64,000 nucleotides of DNA, taken from NCBI GenBank assembly GCA_963675745.2, contig CAXXWX010000023.1, positions 64,001 through 128,000 on the forward strand, in the 5' to 3' direction. This document shows, piece after piece, positions 59,222-64,000 of this stretch. The position numbers and the translations under genes were made by a program. The notes below the pieces were generated by a model that was not told the origin of the DNA, made no database searches, and saw only the letters and a program-made list of their open reading frames with translations. Numbering within the stretch: position 1 is the first letter of the stretch; the number at the start of each line of letters is the position of its first letter. Source of the stretch: Phycisphaerae bacterium. Lineage in GTDB: Bacteria > Planctomycetota > Phycisphaerae > UBA1845 > Fen-1342.

Positions 59222-61108
59222 TTACTCCTCGGCGGCGATGTGCATCTTCGCCAGGCGCTCCTGCCGCAACTCCTGCAACACGCCCGGATATGCATTCAAC
59301 ATCTGGTCCAGAATATCCAGCGTACGATCAACGGCGCCGCCCTCGGCGGTATGCGCCGCGTCCGTAAGCCGGGCCGCGTCCGGAATCTGCCGCGCTTTGT
59401 CAAAGAAGTGCGTCTCGATCGTCTCCATCAGCAAGGCACGTTGTCGGTCGCGTTCACGACGCCAATGGTCGTGGTCCGTCTTGTGGCGGTCGCGGAACCG
59501 ATTATGCGCGGCCCGGAAAACGTGTGCCTGGATAACCAGCAGCTCGTCCTGAACGGTCGAGGCATCGGGATCGTCGGCAATCACCTCGCGCAGACGTTCG
59601 GCCAGCGCGGCCAGTCCGGGATAGCTGGTGACGCGGAAGACGTTCGTGCGCGCCGTGCTGACGATGTTGTGAAACAGGCAACTCGCCGCATTGACCTTCG
59701 CGTACGTGCGAATGCGCCGCAGCGTGACGGCGTTCTCAAACTCTGGCGTCTCGTCGAGTTCGCTTTCACCTTTGTGGCGGGCCAGTTCATCGCAGCGATC
59801 GACCACGGCCCGGTTCACATCCACATACGCCTGCCACTGCTTACCGAGGTGCAGCAGGTGCGAGTATGCCAGCAACACCTGCAACCGTTCCGGGCTGGTG
59901 TGGTGCTGTACGCGCGCGGCGTCCAGCAGAAAAGCGCCGCTGAGCTTGTAGGCCTCATCGAGCTGGTTGCGCTCGAGCGCATCGCAGATCTTGAGGATCG
60001 TCTGCATCTGCCGTTCGAGCACGGTGCGCTGTTCATGCACCTCGGCCAAAGAGCGCTCGTCGAGCAGCACGTTTATGGCGCCGCTGAACTCCGCGCGGTC
60101 GAGCAGCTTCGCGCCCTTGGCGATCGCGTCATCGGGGCCAAAGCTGAACGCCAGATCGCGCGCAAGCCGGAACATCTCTTCGCGCAGCTCGGCGTCCGCC
60201 AACGAGCCCCAGGGCTCGGACGCAAACTTGAGCAGGCGCTTGTGCACCTTGCGGAATTGCCGCCGTGGGGTCTCGCGCACCGGCGCTCCCTCCTTCCGAA
60301 CGATGCGCATGATCTTCGTGACCTCTCCCGGCGTCAATCCAAGCATGCCGGCCAGCGCCCGTGCATCAAGCGTACCCTCGTCATTCAAAGGCGATCGATC
60401 CGCGCGCGGCTCATCCGCCCACGCCTCGAGGTACTTGAGGACTTCGGCCGTGTGCGGCGGCACCCACTGTCCATCCAGCACGCGCGCAAACCACTCGCCC
60501 AAGCCGACGTCGTCACGATGCTCACGCTGCCGCGCGGAAGTCCGTCGATCCTCTTCCTCCGCAAGCAACTGGGTGGCACCCTGCTCATACCTGGCCAAAA
60601 ACACGCGACGCGAACGTTCGCACTGCCGCTGAACCGCATGCGCGAAGCTGCTTCGCAGCCGATGTGGCGCCGAAACCGCTTCTGGGAGTTTCCGAAGCGT
60701 TGGCTTGAGTTTCGCACAAATCTCGTTGACAAACCGTTCCTCGAAGTTCGCATCGTTGAACTTCGAACACGGCGGCGGTAACGGGACGCGATTATCGACC
60801 GCCACCGAGACAATATGCCTCAGCACCTCCTTGGCGGGCGCAACCAACTCCTTGTCCGCGCTGTCAAGATCACTCAAGAGTTGCGGCAGCCCTCCGTACC
60901 TGCCGACCAACTCGTCGACTATTCTGCCAAAGGCGGTTCCTGAACCGCCTACCGCTTTCGACGTGACCGTTTCACCCCGCCCCACACCCTGCGCTGGAAG
61001 GCCGTCGTCCAACCCCGGGGACACCGGACCTTCTATTGGCTTCACGCGCGCGCTGCGGGTTCCCCCCGGCCGATCTTGTCGTCTGTATGGATGAATTGCC
61101 CCATTCAT
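59222..61108 (-). CDS. Hypothetical protein; possible divergent ECF-sigma-like N-terminus plus helical C-terminal domain
   Basis: 628-aa ORF; HTH-like ARALAGMLGLTPGEVTKIM; start uncertain. Confidence 0.55.
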   Translation of the reverse strand: MNGAIHPYRRQDRPGGTRSARVKPIEGPVSPGLDDGLPAQGVGRGETVTSKAVGGSGTAFGRIVDELVGRYGGLPQLLSDLDSADKELVAPAKEVLRHIVSVAVDNRVPLPPPCSKFNDANFEERFVNEICAKLKPTLRKLPEAVSAPHRLRSSFAHAVQRQCERSRRVFLARYEQGATQLLAEEEDRRTSARQREHRDDVGLGEWFARVLDGQWVPPHTAEVLKYLEAWADEPRADRSPLNDEGTLDARALAGMLGLTPGEVTKIMRIVRKEGAPVRETPRRQFRKVHKRLLKFASEPWGSLADAELREEMFRLARDLAFSFGPDDAIAKGAKLLDRAEFSGAINVLLDERSLAEVHEQRTVLERQMQTILKICDALERNQLDEAYKLSGAFLLDAARVQHHTSPERLQVLLAYSHLLHLGKQWQAYVDVNRAVVDRCDELARHKGESELDETPEFENAVTLRRIRTYAKVNAASCLFHNIVSTARTNVFRVTSYPGLAALAERLREVIADDPDASTVQDELLVIQAHVFRAAHNRFRDRHKTDHDHWRRERDRQRALLMETIETHFFDKARQIPDAARLTDAAHTAEGGAVDRTLDILDQMLNAYPGVLQELRQERLAKMHIAAEE

Positions 61109-61163
61109 CGCAACCGTGCCTTTGCGCTATCGATCCCACTCAACGTTCAGACAAACCCGGCCT

Positions 61164-61343
61164 CTATTTCGATTTACCGGCGCAACCGGTTGGGTCTGTC
61201 CCGAATCGGGTCTTCTCGAGCGTGAACTTCGGCACGACGGATGGGTCACCAAGCTTGGTGGCGAACTCGTCACAGCCGGTCAGACCGACAATGAACGCGG
61301 CAACCAGGCCACACATCAGTATTTTGGTCACACGGCGAGACAT
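61164..61343 (-). CDS. Small lipoprotein (59 aa)
   Basis: GAGGAG RBS; MSRRVTKILMCGLVAAFIVGLTG|C. Confidence 0.7.
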   Translation of the reverse strand: MSRRVTKILMCGLVAAFIVGLTGCDEFATKLGDPSVVPKFTLEKTRFGTDPTGCAGKSK

Positions 61344-62593
61344 GGCACATCTCCTCAAAACATGTTCCGCTTCGCCAACGAGATGTCGCGGGCCAGACAC
61401 CCGCGCAGTCATTATGTAACGTACTCGCGCCCGGCGGGCCAGGCGAACAACCAGGGCACACTAATCCCGGTAACCTATTTTATCACAACGACTTAAAAAA
61501 TACGAATTTTTCCAGATCCAGCTCGCGATTCGGCCGGCCCAAGTGTCTGGCGGCACACTCGGACAGTCCTCACGCTGACCAGCCGATCGCCACGGACAAC
61601 GGGCTAAGGCGGCTCCGACGCCTCGAAACAACGCTGTAAGCATGGCCGGCCTTGATTGGGCAGCGGCTCGCGGGCGCTTGTCGCCACGCCACGTGCAGGA
61701 ACGCGAAACGCGGTCGATTCTGACGCCGTCGAAAAAAAGTAGGCCGAATCTCTGTCCGAGGCGCTCCGCGCGTACCAAGCGCCCATCCCATACATCTTGG
61801 GCAGGCACGGTTCGGATAACGAGCCGAATCAGGTTTGACGACTGCTCTGTGCGGTTGCGTGCCCGAGACATGCTTGCTCGCCGGTTCGTGGGAGCCGGAA
61901 ACACGGGTCAAAAGTACCAGGACATCTGTTTTGGCCATTAGTGAATCAACATTTGGCTTCTGTGCCGCCGCAACCGAGCGGGTGGCATCATTGATAGACC
62001 GGAAGCGCGACGAGTGCGATCGTGCTCCCGGTCGCTCCGTCCCGCTTTGGCCGCCACGGCAGGACGTTGCCGCGGAAACCGCAGGTCCGTGCCCCAACAC
62101 GCGGACCGGTGATTTCACCGTGCATGTGCGCCGCGCTGACTCGGCCGGCGCGCGCGTCGCCACCCTGGCCGCCTCATCCAAGCGGTTGAACCAGACCACC
62201 AGTAACGACGTCGTCATTGCTGATGCGGCGCGAACCGGGTATCGCCCCTCGGCCGCGGAACTTGACCGCAGCGTTACGCGCGAGCTGTTGCTCGGAGTAG
62301 TCGACCGACCGGCCGACAGGCTCCGCAGCCCGGCCCGACAGGCTGGTATCAAGGAGGCACTCCCCACTGGCGGAGGACGTTTCGTGATCGATTCTCGTTG
62401 TCAGAGAGCCAACACTTCCCAATTGGTCGCGTCGAGATCGTCCGCGGAAACAACCCACAGTGATGCGCCCGGTGGTGCGGCGGTTGAGTATCCGGCCGAG
62501 GACACGCATCTCCTCGCGCCGGCGTTTAACGACGCTGTTCTAATATTCGCCCTTTCTCCTCCAGGCTTGCGCCAATGTAAGACTAGGTTTGAG

Positions 62594-62865
62594 CGCGTGA
62601 GCCGGTAATGCCGAGACCGGATGGTGCGTTCCGGTCTCGGCTACATGTTGACCGACGGCACTCGGGTGGATTAACCCAATCCAATGCCCCCTGCCCTCCC
62701 GAGTGCCCGATTAGCGGGTCGGTGCCAGACCCCCCTCCTCTTGGCGCCGGCTCGCCGGGACGTTTCGCAGAGCTACCCCCCCGGCTCACGCGATACGCCC
62801 CCGCGGCCCGGGGTCGGGCAAGAGTCCCGTGCCCCAGCTTGCTCGACCCGGGCGCACTTTTTTTT
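62594..62865 (+). ncRNA. Unassigned structured RNA candidate ending in an intrinsic terminator
   Basis: 12-bp closing stem around three hairpins, then a long hairpin and T8; G-U pairs favour the + strand. Confidence 0.5.
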
Positions 62866-62979
62866 GATCGTCCCTTATCAATGGGGAGTAGTCGAAACTC
62901 CGGCTGGCGCCGGCCTGAGGTGGGATTCCCGCGCCCGAGACAAACGACTCGGGCCCAAACTGCGATCATGCGCTACAGA

Positions 62980-63052
62980 TGAGGATGCAGGGACTCGAAC
63001 CCTGGACCCACGGCTTAAAAGGCCGTTGCTCTACCGACTGAGCTACATCCCC
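62980..63052 (-). tRNA. tRNA-Lys (TTT)
   Basis: Reverse complement GGGGATGTAGCTCAGTCGGTAGAGCAACGGCCTTTTAAGCCGTGGGTCCAGGGTTCGAGTCCCTGCATCCTCA. Confidence 0.96.
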
Positions 63053-63281
63053 GATGCTCAGGCCCGACCACGACACGATACACCTGGGCCGGTCCGGGCG
63101 CCGCGAACGTTGGATTATAGCAATCCCGCATCCGCACACAACGCGTTACCGTGCCCGGGCCGGCGTGGGAGCGTCCGCGCGGCGACACTGAGTGGTATAG
63201 GCCCGCGGCGGCTGGGCGGTCGGACCCGCCGATGTCCTGCCAACAGCTTGCCGCTGGGCGTGAGCATGCCACAATGATCCC

Positions 63282-64000
63282 GTGAGCAGTACAGGCCCCG
63301 ACGAGAATGGAGCACCGACCCGGCCACGCCGGCGGCGATTGCGCCGACGGTTGACCTATGGAGTCGGCTGCGCGCTGCTGATCGCGGTGGTCGGATTCGG
63401 CGCGCTCTTTGCGTATCGCACGCGTCCGGCGCGCCTGCGCGCCGGCATCGCAGAACTCTTCACCACCGTCGCAAACGCGGACGTGCGAATCGACAGCGTC
63501 ACCTTCTCTCCGTGGTTTGGCCTCCAGGTCACCGATCTGGATGTCGGACTCGGCGCGGATGCCCCGTTGCACCGCCAGGTGGACGAACCGGCGCAGCTTC
63601 CGATTCTGCGCATCAACGATCTGCGCGTGCGCTGCAAACTGTGGCCTCTGCTTTGGGGCCGCTTCGAGCCGACATCCGTACACGCGGGCAGCGTAACGTT
63701 GAGCCTGATCAGAAGCTCAACCGGCGATGGCAACATAACGTTCACCGGCTTGAGCAAGCCGCGACCCTATTCAACCGGGCAGCATCTGCCATTGTTCAAC
63801 CTCGACCGCGTGCAGATCCAGTTGTGGTCGGTTGAAGAGCGACGCTTACGCCTGCGCGAGCAATGGCGGGTCTCGGTACACGGGCGCACGGAGAAGACGC
63901 GGTCCATCGTGCGCGTCGACCACGTCGGCGGCCCCGCCACCCAGCCGCTCGCCCAAGCCGAACTCGCAGCCGCGAGTGGCGCGCTGCAAATCAGCGTCGG
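63282..64000 (+). CDS. AsmA-like membrane-anchored protein (partial, runs off the window)
   Basis: RRRRLRRR then a TM, then VRIDSVTFSPWFGLQVTDLDV; no stop seen. Confidence 0.55.
   Translation, partial: MSSTGPDENGAPTRPRRRRLRRRLTYGVGCALLIAVVGFGALFAYRTRPARLRAGIAELFTTVANADVRIDSVTFSPWFGLQVTDLDVGLGADAPLHRQVDEPAQLPILRINDLRVRCKLWPLLWGRFEPTSVHAGSVTLSLIRSSTGDGNITFTGLSKPRPYSTGQHLPLFNLDRVQIQLWSVEERRLRLREQWRVSVHGRTEKTRSIVRVDHVGGPATQPLAQAELAAASGALQISV

Noticed and set aside
59177..60781. Long antisense ORFs (also 20190..21674, 47603..48886, 55809..57146)
   Set aside because: Shadow ORFs expected opposite real genes in high-GC DNA; no motifs.

Overview
GC-rich window that looks like a Planctomycetota genome, probably Phycisphaerae (inferred from the prepilin-type/H-X9-DG proteins, PEP-CTERM proteins, dockerin-like tails and a CxxCGYDLRG zinc-finger protein). 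Recognisable core genes are trpA, rny, an SLC13/TrkA-C permease, an MsbA-like ABC exporter, an HD-GYP protein, an orphan DNA methyltransferase and a Mut7-C protein. RNA genes are tRNA-Ile2(CAT) split by a 376-nt group I intron, tRNA-Lys(TTT), a probable 6S RNA upstream of rny, and an unassigned structured ~270-nt RNA candidate. Two apparent uptake loci are built around pilin-like H-X9-DG proteins with no TonB receptor in either: a putative metal locus (5.1-7.9 kb, led by a DUF2946-like peptide) and a LacI-associated glycan locus (16.6-39.2 kb; clan-A GHs, SGNH proteins, SSS symporter, GH130). In both, the same passenger domain is encoded once with a PEP-CTERM tail and once with a dockerin-like motif. 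Other highlights are a nested 'Russian-doll' secreted protein, a circularly permuted internal domain, and a GAATGNN heptamer hairpin whose spacer is flipped between two copies and which also sits inside the intron. All family calls come from motif recognition by eye; no searches were run. The 30.2-34.8 kb block has many frameshifts that may be assembly errors.
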